NCBI GenBank assembly: GCA_009996615.1
Contig: JAACZU010000013.1
Location: forward strand, 27,990 to 91,989
DNA: 64,000 nucleotides
Direction: 5' to 3'
Source of the DNA: Rhodanobacteraceae bacterium
GTDB lineage: Bacteria; Pseudomonadota; Gammaproteobacteria; Xanthomonadales; Rhodanobacteraceae
A program made the position numbers and the translations under genes. The stretch's first letter is position 1, and every line of letters starts with the position of its first letter. Shown piece after piece: positions 10,232 through 20,154 of this stretch. The notes under the pieces were generated by a model. It had not been told where the DNA came from. It made no database searches and saw only the letters and a program-made list of their open reading frames with translations.

Positions 10232-12028
10232 ATGTCGCTTCGCTCCCGCCTCGCCGCCGTGCTGTTCGCGTTCGGCGCCCTCGGTCTCGCCGGCGCGCAG
10301 GCGGCCGAGCGTCCCGCCGACGTCGATTTCCAGTGGGGCGTGAAGATCCCGCTGCGCGACGGCGTCAAGCTCGCTGCGACGCTGTACCGGCCGCGCGACC
10401 AGCAGCAGCCGCTGCCTTGCGTGTTCACGCTGACGCCGTACATCGCGCAGAGCTACCACGCGCGCGGCATGTACTTCGCCACGCACGGCTACGTGTTCCT
10501 GACCGTCGATGTGCGCGGCCGCGGCAACTCGGAAGGGCAGTTCACGCCGCTGCTGCAGGAGGCTCAGGACGGCCATGACGTGGTCGAGTGGCTGGCCGCG
10601 CAGCCGTACTGCAACGGCAAGGTCGCGATGTGGGGCGGCTCGTATGCCGGCTACGACCAGTGGGCCAGCGCGAAGGAATTTCCGCCGCACCTGGCCACGA
10701 TCGTGCCGGTCGCCTCGCCCAAGCCCGGCGTCGACTACCCGATGCAGCACAACATGTTCTACGCCTACGCGATGCAGTGGCTGACGCTGGTCGGCGGCCG
10801 CGCCTCGCAGGAGGACATCTTCGGCGACATGGGCTTCTGGAGCGCGCAGTACCGGCGCTGGTACGAGGCCCGCGCGCCGTTCGCCGAACTCGACCGCTAC
10901 GTCGGCCATCCCTCGCCGATCTTCCAGACGTGGATCGCGCACCCGTCGCAGGACGCGTACTGGGACAGCTTCAGCCCGACGCCGCAGCAGCTCGCGCGGC
11001 TGGACCTGCCGATCCTGTCCGTCACCGGCCACTACGACGGCGACCAGGCCGGCGCGCTGGCCTACTACGGCGATCACATGCGCCACGGCTCGGCGGCGGC
11101 GACCGCGCGTCACTACCTCGTCATCGGCCCGTGGGACCATGCCGGCACGCGCACGCCGAAAGCGGAGGTCGGCGGCCTCAAGCTCGGCCAGGCCGCGCTG
11201 CTCGACATGAACGCGCTGCACAAGGCATGGTACGACTGGACCCTGAAGGACGGCGCCAAACCGGAGTTCCTGAAGGACCGCGTCGCCTACTACGTGACCG
11301 GCGAGGAAGCCTGGCGCTACGCGCCTACGCTCGAGGCCGCGACCGCGCGGCGCGAGGCGTGGTACCTCGATTCGGTCGCTTCGCGCGCGAACGACGTGTT
11401 CGCGTCCGGCGAGCTGAAGCCGGGCGCGCCCGGCCGCGGCCGTGCCGACCGCTACGTGCACGACCCGCTCGACACCAGCCCGGCGGCGTGGGAGCACGAC
11501 GAGTCGGCGGGCGGCGGCCTGACCGACCAGCGCGCCGCGCTGAACGCCGCCGGCAAGGCACTGTTCTACCACTCCGCGCCGCTCGCGCAGGACACCGACC
11601 TGGCCGGCTTCTTCCGCCTGTCCGCGTGGCTGTCGCTGGACCAGCCCGACACCGACATCGCGGTCAACCTGTACGAGATCCGCGCCGACGGCAGCAGCGT
11701 CTTCCTTGCCGGCGACGCGCTGCGTGCGCGCTACCGCCATGATCCGCGCACGGCGCGGCCGGTCACGCCCGGCGCGATCGAACGCTACGATTTCGATCGC
11801 TTCGGCTTCATCGCGCGGCGCCTGGCCAAGGGCAGCCGCCTGCGCCTGATGATCGCGCCGGTGAACTCGATGTACGCCGAGAAGAACTACAACGCGGGCG
11901 GCGTCGTTGCGGAGGAGTCCGGCAAGGACGCGCGCACCGTCACGGTCACGCTGTACCACGACAGGCAGCGCCCGAGTGCGCTGTCGCTGCCGATCGCGGC
12001 CGCCTCGTCGGTTGCACCGAAGCCGTAG
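10232..12028 (+). CDS. CocE/NonD family hydrolase (S15 X-Pro dipeptidyl-peptidase-like), secreted
   Basis: Signal peptide [35 protein letters not shown] and nucleophile motif GGSYAGY. Only the last 599 codons of the 1237-aa track ORF are taken as coding. Confidence 0.85.
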   Translation: MSLRSRLAAVLFAFGALGLAGAQAAERPADVDFQWGVKIPLRDGVKLAATLYRPRDQQQPLPCVFTLTPYIAQSYHARGMYFATHGYVFLTVDVRGRGNSEGQFTPLLQEAQDGHDVVEWLAAQPYCNGKVAMWGGSYAGYDQWASAKEFPPHLATIVPVASPKPGVDYPMQHNMFYAYAMQWLTLVGGRASQEDIFGDMGFWSAQYRRWYEARAPFAELDRYVGHPSPIFQTWIAHPSQDAYWDSFSPTPQQLARLDLPILSVTGHYDGDQAGALAYYGDHMRHGSAAATARHYLVIGPWDHAGTRTPKAEVGGLKLGQAALLDMNALHKAWYDWTLKDGAKPEFLKDRVAYYVTGEEAWRYAPTLEAATARREAWYLDSVASRANDVFASGELKPGAPGRGRADRYVHDPLDTSPAAWEHDESAGGGLTDQRAALNAAGKALFYHSAPLAQDTDLAGFFRLSAWLSLDQPDTDIAVNLYEIRADGSSVFLAGDALRARYRHDPRTARPVTPGAIERYDFDRFGFIARRLAKGSRLRLMIAPVNSMYAEKNYNAGGVVAEESGKDARTVTVTLYHDRQRPSALSLPIAAASSVAPKP

Positions 12029-12040
12029 CAACAACCGCAA

Positions 12041-12086
12041 GGATCGGCGCGGATCACACGGCTTGGCCATCCGCGTTGATCCGTGG
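12041..12086. repeat. Short palindromic REP-like element (GATCCGCG family)
   Basis: GGATCGGCGCGGATCACACGG ... CCATCCGCGTTGATCCGTGG. Related to the arms at 40155-40188 and 40376-40421. Confidence 0.5.
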
Positions 12087-12132
12087 CCACATGGCATTGG
12101 CCGGGCCAGGGTACAGAGCGAGGAGCAGGGCG

Positions 12133-13479
12133 ATGACCGACGACCGTTACGACCTGGCCGTGATCGGCGCCGGCTCCGGCGGCATCGCGATGGCGATCCG
12201 CGCGGCGCGGCATGGCGCGCGCGTCGCGGTGTGCGAACCCGGCCTGCTCGGCGGCACCTGCGTCAACCTCGGCTGCGTGCCGAAGAAGGCGATGTGGCTG
12301 GCGGCCGAACTGGCCGAGGCACAGCGGCTTGCGCGCGAGGTCGGCTTCGACGTCGCGCCCGGCGCGCTCGACTGGCCGGCGTTCATCGAACATCGCAGCC
12401 GCTACATCGCCAACATCCACGCCAGCTACCGGCGCCGCTTCGACGAGCTCGGCATCGTGCTGATCGTCGAGCACGCGCGCTTCCTCGCGCCCGACTGCCT
12501 CGCCGCCGGCGAGCGCACGGTGCAAGCGGCGCACGTGCTGGTCGCGACCGGCGCGCGCCCGCAGCGGCTGGCGATCCCGGGTGGCGAACTCGGCATCGAC
12601 TCGGACGGTTTCTTCGCGCTGCGCGCGTGTCCGAAACGTGTCGCCGTGGTCGGCAGCGGCTACATCGCGGTCGAACTGGCCGGCGTGCTGCGCGCGCTCG
12701 GCGCCGACGTCACGCTGTTCGCGCGCAAGGAACGCCTGCTGCGCAGCTTCGACGCCGACCTTGGTACGGCGCTCGCCCAGGCGATGCGCGCGCAGGGCAT
12801 CGGCATCGCGCTCGGCCACGTGCCGGTGGCGGCGACCCGCGCGGCCGACGGCTACGCGCTCGAATTCGACAACGGCCTGCGCGCGAGCGGCTTCGACGAG
12901 TTGATCTGGGCCATCGGCCGCGAGCCGAACAGCGGCCGCCTCGGTGCGGACACGATCGGCCTGATGCGCGACGCGCGCGGCTACATCGCGATCGACGAGT
13001 GGCAGAACACGAACCTGCCGACCGTCTACGCGGTCGGCGACGTGACCGCCCGCCCGGCGCTGACGCCGGTCGCGATCGCCGCCTCGCGCCGCCTCGCCGA
13101 CCGCCTGTTCGGCGGCCAGCCCGAATCACGGCTCGACTACGCGAACATCCCGACCGTCGTGTTCTCGCACCCGCCGATCGGCACCGTCGGCCTGAGCGAA
13201 GAGGAGGCACGTTCGCAATACGGTGACGCGGTCAAGGTCTACCGCACCGGCTTCCGGCCGATGCTGGCCGCGCTCGCGCAGCGCGACGAACAGACGCTGA
13301 TGAAACTGGTCTGCGTCGGCCGCGACGAACGCCTGGTCGGCATCCACCTGCTCGGCCCCGCCGCCGACGAGATCCTGCAAGGCTTCGCCGTCGCGCTGAA
13401 GATGGGCGCGCGCAAGGCCGACCTCGACGCCACCGTCGCGATCCACCCGACTTCGGCGGAGGAGCTGGTGTTGATGTGA
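12133..13479 (+). CDS. gor: Glutathione-disulfide reductase
   Basis: Start at [19 protein letters not shown]. Redox-active disulfide motif [14 protein letters not shown]-terminal HPTSAEELV. Confidence 0.9.
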   Translation: MTDDRYDLAVIGAGSGGIAMAIRAARHGARVAVCEPGLLGGTCVNLGCVPKKAMWLAAELAEAQRLAREVGFDVAPGALDWPAFIEHRSRYIANIHASYRRRFDELGIVLIVEHARFLAPDCLAAGERTVQAAHVLVATGARPQRLAIPGGELGIDSDGFFALRACPKRVAVVGSGYIAVELAGVLRALGADVTLFARKERLLRSFDADLGTALAQAMRAQGIGIALGHVPVAATRAADGYALEFDNGLRASGFDELIWAIGREPNSGRLGADTIGLMRDARGYIAIDEWQNTNLPTVYAVGDVTARPALTPVAIAASRRLADRLFGGQPESRLDYANIPTVVFSHPPIGTVGLSEEEARSQYGDAVKVYRTGFRPMLAALAQRDEQTLMKLVCVGRDERLVGIHLLGPAADEILQGFAVALKMGARKADLDATVAIHPTSAEELVLM

Positions 13480-14038
13480 TGGTTGGCGGCTGGCAAGCAC
13501 ACAGCCAGTAGCCAATCCAGGCGGATGCCGCAGCTCGAGATGGCGACTTCGCGTCGCTGCGGTTCGTTGCTTGTGGCTCGTGCCACTCGGAGGTAGCGCT
13601 GCCGTCCCGGCGCTGTAGTGGGCGAACTCGCCGTACTCGATCGCAATCGTGCTGCCCCGGAAACTGCGTCGGAGTCCTGCGCATGCCATCGCGGCCGCAT
13701 CGCCGGCCCACATTCAAGACGGGCATGGCCGTGCGCTGGATGCCAAGGGATCAGCCATGCGCGCAGCGCTTTGGCATCAAAATGTACCGCCGCATCGGCT
13801 TATCGCGATTTCGCGAGGGCGCCACACTATGATGCGAACCTCGGCGAGGCGCTGCCGAGACTGTCAGATCGAGCTTGAGGGCAGGGCGTGTTGATGCTTC
13901 TTGCCGCGGCCGCGAGCGCGGACGTCGGCAGTCTTGAACGAATCACACTTTTCATCGCGTCCTGATCGGCGTCGCAGCCGGTCAAGTCGCGGTTCCAGCC
14001 TCGCTGCCGGCGAGGCATCACCAAGGGGGATTGAATCG

Positions 14039-15706
14039 ATGAGAGTAGACGCACGCCTGAACCTTCTTGCTTCCGCGATAGCGTTCGCTATCGCTTCGCC
14101 GATGGCCGTTGCGGCGGACACGTTCTACGAACCGTTCACGATTCCGCCGCAAGGTTGCCCTGTGAGCATTACTGACTATCCTGGCGGTCCGGGCACCTAT
14201 CCCTTCCCGCCCGGTTGGACCTTGTTCAACGTGGACGGGCGAACTCCGGCCGGCGCCGTCGCCTATGTCAATGATGCCTGGGAGGCGCGCGAGGATTTCA
14301 AGTTCAACACGGCAAACTGCGCTGTATTCAGCACCTCCTGGTACAACCCGCCGGGTCAGGCTGATGACTGGATGTGGTCGCCGCCCATCACGGTTCCGGC
14401 GAGCGCGGTGCTGTCGTGGAATGCCGTGGCGTACGACCCGGCGTATCGCGATGGCTACGAGGTCCGCGTGAAGACCGGCGCCGCGCCGACCTTGGCCAAT
14501 CAGCTGACGAGCACCACGGTGTACAGCAATCCTGCCGAAGAGGCGGTCTGGACGCAGCGCTCCGTCGACATTTCCAGCTATGGCGGCCAGACCGTCTACG
14601 TCGGCTTCCGCAACAACAGCAACGACAAGTTCCTGCTGCTGGTCGACGATGTGCGCGTGAGAGACGTCGCCGCCGATGTCGCCGCGGTCGCGCAGGTTCC
14701 GCCCTTCACCAGCGAGTACGCGCGCGCGCCCCTGGGCATGGATGTCATGCCGACGCTGGCGCTGGGCGCGACCAACTCCGGGGTCGGAGTGCTGACGAAT
14801 GTCGTCGCCATCGCGACCCCGATGCTCGACGGCAACATCGGCGGTCCTGGCGTCGTTTCGACGACGGTGCCCACGCTGCCCGCTGGCGACACCACGCCAT
14901 TGACGTTCGGTGCGCCTGCCGCCTATTCGGGAGCTGGCACATGGAGCACGCGATACACCGTCAGCGTCGACCAGACGGAACCCGACGTCGCGAACAACAC
15001 GGTCGAGGTACCTGGCACCACGATCGGCGGCAACGAATTCGCGCGCTGGGAAGGAGCCGCGAGCGGCGCGCTCGGCATCGGTGCCGGCAATGGCGGCGAA
15101 ATGGGCGTGTCCTTTACGCTTCCGGTTGCGGGGTTCTACGCCGGTGCGCACTTCGCGATGGCGCCGGTCCCCCCCGAAAGCGGCACGCCGCCGGTGCCGA
15201 ATGCGTGCCCCGGGTTTGACTATGTGCTCAACCTGCGTGCATTCGACACGGTCAACAACGTGCCCGGCGCCATCATCGACACCACCACGCCGATTCCATG
15301 CGAGTACGACAGCGGCGGCAGTTACGACGTCGCCTTCGTGCACGGCCAACACGAGCTTGCCGCGGGCACCTATGTGCTGACGGCGGTCGAGCCCGTCGGC
15401 GGACCGACTTTGACGCTGCTGCTGCATGACCAGCGGTTCGTCGACGGAACGACCTGGGTGAACTGGCCGACCAGTCCGTTCGGTGGCTGGGCGCACAACG
15501 AGGACTTCGGCGTCGCCGCTTTCAAGAAGACCTACGAGTTGTCGTTGCTGCAGGGTGAGGCGCCGATCTTCGCCGATGGATTCGACGGTGCCGCACCGGC
15601 CAAGCCGTCGTTCCGCCCGATGCACGGTCCCGCCCCGGCGATTGTCCGCGGACGGCCGACGCGCTCGGTGCCGCCGGTCCAGTTCGCGCCCTCGGGCAAT
15701 CCGTAG
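14039..15706 (+). CDS. Secreted protein with N-terminal choice-of-anchor J / cleaved-adhesin-like domain
   Basis: SD AAGGGGGA 9-10 nt upstream of ATG 14039. Signal peptide MRVDARLNLLASAIAFAIASPMAVAA. Motif QADDWMWSPPITVP...YVGFRN is typical of that domain family. Confidence 0.65.
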   Translation: MRVDARLNLLASAIAFAIASPMAVAADTFYEPFTIPPQGCPVSITDYPGGPGTYPFPPGWTLFNVDGRTPAGAVAYVNDAWEAREDFKFNTANCAVFSTSWYNPPGQADDWMWSPPITVPASAVLSWNAVAYDPAYRDGYEVRVKTGAAPTLANQLTSTTVYSNPAEEAVWTQRSVDISSYGGQTVYVGFRNNSNDKFLLLVDDVRVRDVAADVAAVAQVPPFTSEYARAPLGMDVMPTLALGATNSGVGVLTNVVAIATPMLDGNIGGPGVVSTTVPTLPAGDTTPLTFGAPAAYSGAGTWSTRYTVSVDQTEPDVANNTVEVPGTTIGGNEFARWEGAASGALGIGAGNGGEMGVSFTLPVAGFYAGAHFAMAPVPPESGTPPVPNACPGFDYVLNLRAFDTVNNVPGAIIDTTTPIPCEYDSGGSYDVAFVHGQHELAAGTYVLTAVEPVGGPTLTLLLHDQRFVDGTTWVNWPTSPFGGWAHNEDFGVAAFKKTYELSLLQGEAPIFADGFDGAAPAKPSFRPMHGPAPAIVRGRPTRSVPPVQFAPSGNP

Positions 15707-15724
15707 CACGCCAGGCCGCCGCGC

Positions 15725-17293
15725 ATGCAACCAGACCGTTATCGACGACGGCTCGAATCGCATGTCGCGCATGGCCGTTACGAAGCCGCCCTCGCCACGC
15801 TTTCCGCGTGGCGGGAGCGTGCGCCGGAACTGCTCGAGCCGGAGTTGCTGCATGCGCGCATCGATCTCGGGCGTGGCCGCTTGCGCGCGGCGCGCACGCG
15901 TGCATTGGCGGCCATCCGCACGCGCGATTGCCCGCCCGGACTGGCCATCGACGTCGTCCAATGCCTGCGCGTGCTGGTCGCCCACGACGCGCTGGTTGAA
16001 TGGGCGCGCGGATATCCACATCGCGCGGCGCTGACCGCGTCCGAGCGCGCGAACATCGTGGCGGCGCTGGAGTCGATCGGCGCGCACGCGATCGCGCGCG
16101 ACTGGATCGAGGCCGCTGTGCAGGACGCACCCGACGACGCCGCCGTGCGCGCCAATCGTGCGCTCACGCGAAGCTATGCCGGCGACTTCGACGGCGCGCG
16201 CGCCGATCTCGAACATGCGATCTCGAGCGCGCAGGATCCCGCGATCGCGCACTGGATGCTGTCGCGCCTGCAGCGCCAGACCGAGCGGACGAACCACGTC
16301 GAACGGCTGCGCGCGCGCATTGCAGCGGCGCACGGCGATGCACTGGATGGGGAATACCTGCAGTTCGCGCTGTTCAAGGAGCTTGACGATCTCGGCGATC
16401 ATGCGGCCGCGTGGCAGGCCCTCGACGAGGGCTGCCGCCTTGTGCGCGCACGCGCACCCTACGATCGCGCCGAGAGCGAGCGGCTGTTTGGTGCGATCAC
16501 GCGACGTTTCCCGCTCGATGCGCCGCAGGCACCGGTACTCTCCGGTGCACCGACGCCGATCTTCATCGTTGGCATGCACCGCTCAGGCACCACGTTGCTC
16601 GAGAGCATGCTCGCGGCGCATCCGCGCGTCTGCGCCTACGGCGAATCGCTGCGCCTCGCCGGCGCGTTGCGTCTGGCGGCCGACCAAGCCGGGAGCCGCA
16701 TGCTCGACGAGGCACTTGTCGCCGCGGCGGCATCGATGGATCCACTGCAGGTGCGCGACGCCTTCCTCGCGGAAGGCCGCTGGCGGATAGGCGCGTCCAC
16801 GCACGTCACCGAAAAGATGCCGACCTGCTTCCAGGCGATCGGCTTCATTCGCCATGCCTTTCCGGCGGCGAGGATCATCCATCTGCGGCGCGACCCGATG
16901 GACCTGTGCTTCGCGAATCTGCGCGAACTGTTTGCGAATGGCGTCGAACACAGTTATGCGCTCGAAGACGTCGCGCACTTCCACGCGCTCTACCTCGCCC
17001 TCATGCGCCATTGGCACGCGATCTATCCCGGCTTCGTATTGGATATCGACTACGAGGCGCTGGTGCGCGATCCGATCGCCGTATCGCAACGCGTGTTCGC
17101 GTTCTGCGATCTCGACTGGAGTGAGCGGGTGGTCGATCCGGCGGCCTGGTCGACACGCGCCGTCAATACGCTGAGTGCCGTACAGGTGCGCCAGGCGATC
17201 GGCACCGGCAGCATCGGGCGCTGGAAGTCGTATTCGCGCTGGTTGGAGCCGTTGCGCGCGGCGCTGGATGCGGCCCCCGCGGAAACCGCGTGA
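15725..17293 (+). CDS. TPR-like repeat / sulfotransferase family protein
   Basis: C-terminal half carries PAPS-binding motifs GMHRSGTTLLESML (5'-PSB) and IHLRRDPMDLCFANL (3'-PB). N-terminal half is helical-repeat-like. Confidence 0.8.
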   Translation: MQPDRYRRRLESHVAHGRYEAALATLSAWRERAPELLEPELLHARIDLGRGRLRAARTRALAAIRTRDCPPGLAIDVVQCLRVLVAHDALVEWARGYPHRAALTASERANIVAALESIGAHAIARDWIEAAVQDAPDDAAVRANRALTRSYAGDFDGARADLEHAISSAQDPAIAHWMLSRLQRQTERTNHVERLRARIAAAHGDALDGEYLQFALFKELDDLGDHAAAWQALDEGCRLVRARAPYDRAESERLFGAITRRFPLDAPQAPVLSGAPTPIFIVGMHRSGTTLLESMLAAHPRVCAYGESLRLAGALRLAADQAGSRMLDEALVAAAASMDPLQVRDAFLAEGRWRIGASTHVTEKMPTCFQAIGFIRHAFPAARIIHLRRDPMDLCFANLRELFANGVEHSYALEDVAHFHALYLALMRHWHAIYPGFVLDIDYEALVRDPIAVSQRVFAFCDLDWSERVVDPAAWSTRAVNTLSAVQVRQAIGTGSIGRWKSYSRWLEPLRAALDAAPAETA

Positions 17294-17403
17294 GCCGAGA
17301 GTGTTTGCGTGGCGCGTTCTGCTGCGCGGTCGTGCATCGCGGATACGCAGGCAGCGCTGTCAGGGACAAACGGGCCAGGGCGCACTTTCGGCAAGTCACG
17401 CCA

Positions 17404-17649
17404 TCAAGCGCGTTGCCCACGGTTTCCGCGCCCGCGCCGGCTCCACTGCCACCCCAGGCAGGCAGCCACGACCAAAGCGTAGGTCGCGTAGTAGCACCAC
17501 GTGGCCGGCCCGGAGTGGCCTATGGACTCGATGCCGGTGGCCTTTTCGAGCCACGACCACACCGGCCAAGCCACCACGGTGACGAGCGCCGAGACAGGCA
17601 GCAGCGCCAGCGCCCAGACGATCACGATGATGGTGGTCTTGATCGGCAT
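17404..17649 (-). CDS. Small membrane protein (81 aa, two hydrophobic segments)
   Basis: Start at MPIKTTIIVIVWALALLPV. Near-saturated GC3 in this frame. Confidence 0.55.
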   Translation of the reverse strand: MPIKTTIIVIVWALALLPVSALVTVVAWPVWSWLEKATGIESIGHSGPATWCYYATYALVVAACLGWQWSRRGRGNRGQRA

Positions 17650-17700
17650 GTGTGCAGTTCGTGGGGGTGTATGCGAACGATCGGTGGTGCTCACCAGGCC

Positions 17701-17811
17701 TTACGTGACGTGCGTGACATCGGTCTTGTGCCCGATCTTGCGGTGCTGCCGGTCGATCAGGTCAATGCCGATATCGAGATCACGCGTCCACGTCGCAGCA
17801 GCGCGCTTCAT
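17701..17811 (-). pseudogene. Truncated hemerythrin-like gene (N-terminal 36 codons only)
   Basis: MKRAAATWTRDLDIGIDLIDRQHRKI matches the bacteriohemerythrin N-terminal pattern (W..d...G...iD.qH+). The ATG overlaps the fnr stop (ATGA). A stop follows after 36 codons and no hemerythrin-like continuation exists in any frame. Confidence 0.45.
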
Positions 17812-18566
17812 CGCTGCAGGATCGGCCGCGCGAGATCGAACAGCGCCGCCGGCTTGGCGATCGCCACGTCGCGGCCGTCGACGTTGATCAGGCCCTGGTC
17901 CTGGAAGCGGCGCAGGACGCGGCTGACGGTTTCGGCGGCGAGGCGCAGGTAGTTGGCGATGTCGCCGCGCGACATCGCCAGGTGCAGCGTGTCGGCGGGG
18001 AAGCCGCGTTCGGCGTAGCGGCGGCCAAGGCCGATCAGGAACGCGGCGAGGCGTTCGTCGGCGGAGTAGTCGCCGGCGAGCAGGGCGGCGTTGCCGATGT
18101 CCTTGCTCAGGCGCCGGAACAGTTCCTGCTGGATGCCGGGCATGCGCGTGGCGAGCGTGGCCAGCGCCGGGAACGAGAAGCGGCAGACCTCGACCGTGTC
18201 GAGCGCGACCGCGTCGCACGGGTAGGACTCGGGATGGATCGCATTGAGGCCGACCAGCTCGCCCGGCAGGTAGAAGCCGAGCACAAGCTCGCGGCCGTCG
18301 ATGTCGACCAGGCGCGTCTTGACGGTGCCCGAACGCACCGCGTAGATCGCGCTGAAGCGCTCGCCGGTGCGGAAGATCGTCGTGCCGGGACGATAGTTGC
18401 CGACGTGCTCGACCAGGCAGTGCAGGTCGCGCAGCGCGATCTTGTCGACGCCGCTGCCGACGCAGACCGCGCCGAACGCGCAGGTGGAGCAGAAGCGGTA
18501 ATCGTCGCCGTCGTCGGCGATCGGATTCGGCGGCGCGATGCGCCCGTGTACCACGTCATGACCCAT
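17808..18566 (-). CDS. fnr: FNR/ANR-type oxygen-sensing transcription regulator (Crp/Fnr family)
   Basis: Start at MGHDVVHG (ATG 18566). N-terminal Cys cluster CSTCAFGAVC (C-X2-C-X5-C) plus a central Cys (ESYPCDA). HTH SRGDIANYLRLAAETVSRVL. Confidence 0.9.
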   Translation of the reverse strand: MGHDVVHGRIAPPNPIADDGDDYRFCSTCAFGAVCVGSGVDKIALRDLHCLVEHVGNYRPGTTIFRTGERFSAIYAVRSGTVKTRLVDIDGRELVLGFYLPGELVGLNAIHPESYPCDAVALDTVEVCRFSFPALATLATRMPGIQQELFRRLSKDIGNAALLAGDYSADERLAAFLIGLGRRYAERGFPADTLHLAMSRGDIANYLRLAAETVSRVLRRFQDQGLINVDGRDVAIAKPAALFDLARPILQR

Positions 18567-18592
18567 GCGCGACCCGTCTCCGCAAAGCGATC

Positions 18593-19993
18593 TCAGACGG
18601 CACGCGAGTAGCGGATGTCCGGGGTGTCGACGTAGGCGTCGAAGCACATCGCGATGTTGCGCAACAGGAACTGGCCGCGCGCGGTGACCGTGATGCGCTT
18701 CGGCGAGCACGTGACCAGTCCATCGGCTTCGAGCGGCCGCAGGCGATCGAGTGAACGCTGGAAGTAGCGCGGGAAGTCTACTAGATGGCGTTCCTCGAAG
18801 GCGCGGATGTCGAGCGAGCCGGCGCACATCAGGCGCTGGATCAGGTCGGCGCGCAGCAGGTCGTCGTCGCTCAGGCGCAGGCCGCGCACGGTCGGCAGGT
18901 GGCCGTTGTCGAGCGCGGCGTAGTAGCCGGTCAGGTCCTTGGCGTTCTGGCTGAACGTCGCGCCGACGTGGCTGATCGCGCTCATGCCGAAGCCGACCAG
19001 GTCGCAGGCGGCGTGCGTGGAATAGCCCTGGAAATTGCGCTGCAGCGTGCCGGCGTCGGCGGCGCGTGCGAGGTCGTCCTCGGGCAGCGCGAAATGGTCG
19101 ACGCCGATGTAGCGGTAGCCGGCGGCGGTGAGCGCCTCGACCGTCTGCTGCAGCAGGCCGAGCCGCGTGCTGGCGTCGGGCAGGTCGAACTTGTCGATCT
19201 GGCGCTGCGCCTTGAAGCGCTCGGGCAGGTGCGCGTAGCCGTAGGTGGCGATGCGCTCGGGGCGCAGCGCGATGACCTGGTCGAGCGTGCGTGCGAACGA
19301 GTCCTGCGTCTGCCGTGGCAGGCCGTAGATCAGGTCGAGGTTGATCGAGCGGATGCCGGCGGCGCGCGCGCCGTCCATCACGTCGCGCGTCTGCTCGACG
19401 CTCTGGATGCGGTTGATCGCGCGCTGCACGTCCGGGTCGAAGTCCTGCACGCCGATCGAGATGCGGTTGATGCCGGCTGCGGCGATGCGCCGCACGTAGT
19501 CGGCGTCGCAGAAACGCGGGTCGAGCTCGACGCCGAATTCGCGGTCGGGGCGCCGGCTGAACGAGAAGTGGCGGCCGAGCGTGTCGATCAGCTCGACCAG
19601 CTGGTCGGCGTCGAGGAAGTTCGGCGTGCCGCCGCCGAAGTGCAGCTGGGCGAGGCAGCGGTCGCGGTCGAACAGCGCCGACACGGCCTCGATCTCGCGG
19701 TACAGCCGCGCCAGGTACGGCCCGGCCTTGTCCTGGTCGCGCGTGATGATGCGGGCGCAGCCGCAGTAGAAGCACGGCGACAGGCAGAACGGGATGTGGA
19801 TGTAGGCGGAGATGTCGCGCGGGATCGGGTCCTCGTTCGACGCGCGGATCGCCTGGCGCAGCTCCGTTTCGCCAAAGTCGGCGCGGAAGTGCGGCGCGGT
19901 CGGGTAGGAGGTGTAGCGCGGGCCGTTGACGTCGTACTGGGCGACCAGCGCGCGGTCGAACTGGGCTACGGCGGGGGCGAGGGCGATGTTCAT
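18593..19993 (-). CDS. hemN: Oxygen-independent coproporphyrinogen III oxidase
   Basis: Start at MNIALAPAVAQFDRAL. GPRYTSYPTA and radical-SAM motif FCLSPCFYCGC. Confidence 0.93.
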   Translation of the reverse strand: MNIALAPAVAQFDRALVAQYDVNGPRYTSYPTAPHFRADFGETELRQAIRASNEDPIPRDISAYIHIPFCLSPCFYCGCARIITRDQDKAGPYLARLYREIEAVSALFDRDRCLAQLHFGGGTPNFLDADQLVELIDTLGRHFSFSRRPDREFGVELDPRFCDADYVRRIAAAGINRISIGVQDFDPDVQRAINRIQSVEQTRDVMDGARAAGIRSINLDLIYGLPRQTQDSFARTLDQVIALRPERIATYGYAHLPERFKAQRQIDKFDLPDASTRLGLLQQTVEALTAAGYRYIGVDHFALPEDDLARAADAGTLQRNFQGYSTHAACDLVGFGMSAISHVGATFSQNAKDLTGYYAALDNGHLPTVRGLRLSDDDLLRADLIQRLMCAGSLDIRAFEERHLVDFPRYFQRSLDRLRPLEADGLVTCSPKRITVTARGQFLLRNIAMCFDAYVDTPDIRYSRAV

Positions 19994-20027
19994 GGCGCCA
20001 TCGTGCGCGGTGCGGCGCGGCAATGCC

Positions 20028-20041
20028 TTGACCGCGGTCAA
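20028..20041. promoter_or_regulatory. Candidate FNR/ANR box upstream of hemN
   Basis: Perfect palindrome TTGAC-CGCG-GTCAA (consensus TTGAT-N4-ATCAA), centred about 41 nt upstream of the hemN ATG. Confidence 0.5.
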
Positions 20042-20054
20042 ACGCGGAGGGGCC

Positions 20055-20076
20055 GGGATTCGGGATTGGGGATTCG
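20055..20076. repeat. Solo G-rich heptamer arm
   Basis: GGGATTCGGGATTGGGGATTCG with no C-rich partner nearby. Confidence 0.7.
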
Positions 20077-20154
20077 CAGGCTGGGCGACACAGGTCGACC
20101 GGCGACAGCGTGCCGGCCGCGCGTTGCGCGTCCCGCCTACGTGAGCGTCGAGTC

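Noticed and set aside
8315-12028. 1237-aa ORF apparently spanning the dadA-like gene and the CocE/NonD hydrolase. Similar over-extended track ORFs are 3178..6051 (-) and 49936..53022 (+).
   Set aside because: Only the downstream parts show protein-family signal, and each has its own start with a signal peptide, SD or ATGA coupling. The upstream parts overlap other real genes in a different frame.
13126-13726. Minus-strand ORFs (13126..13713, 13232..13726) downstream of gor as possible gene remnants or a transposase fragment.
   Set aside because: No recognisable motif. They overlap the gor 3' end and have an inconsistent codon bias. The region is kept only as part of the island-boundary observation.
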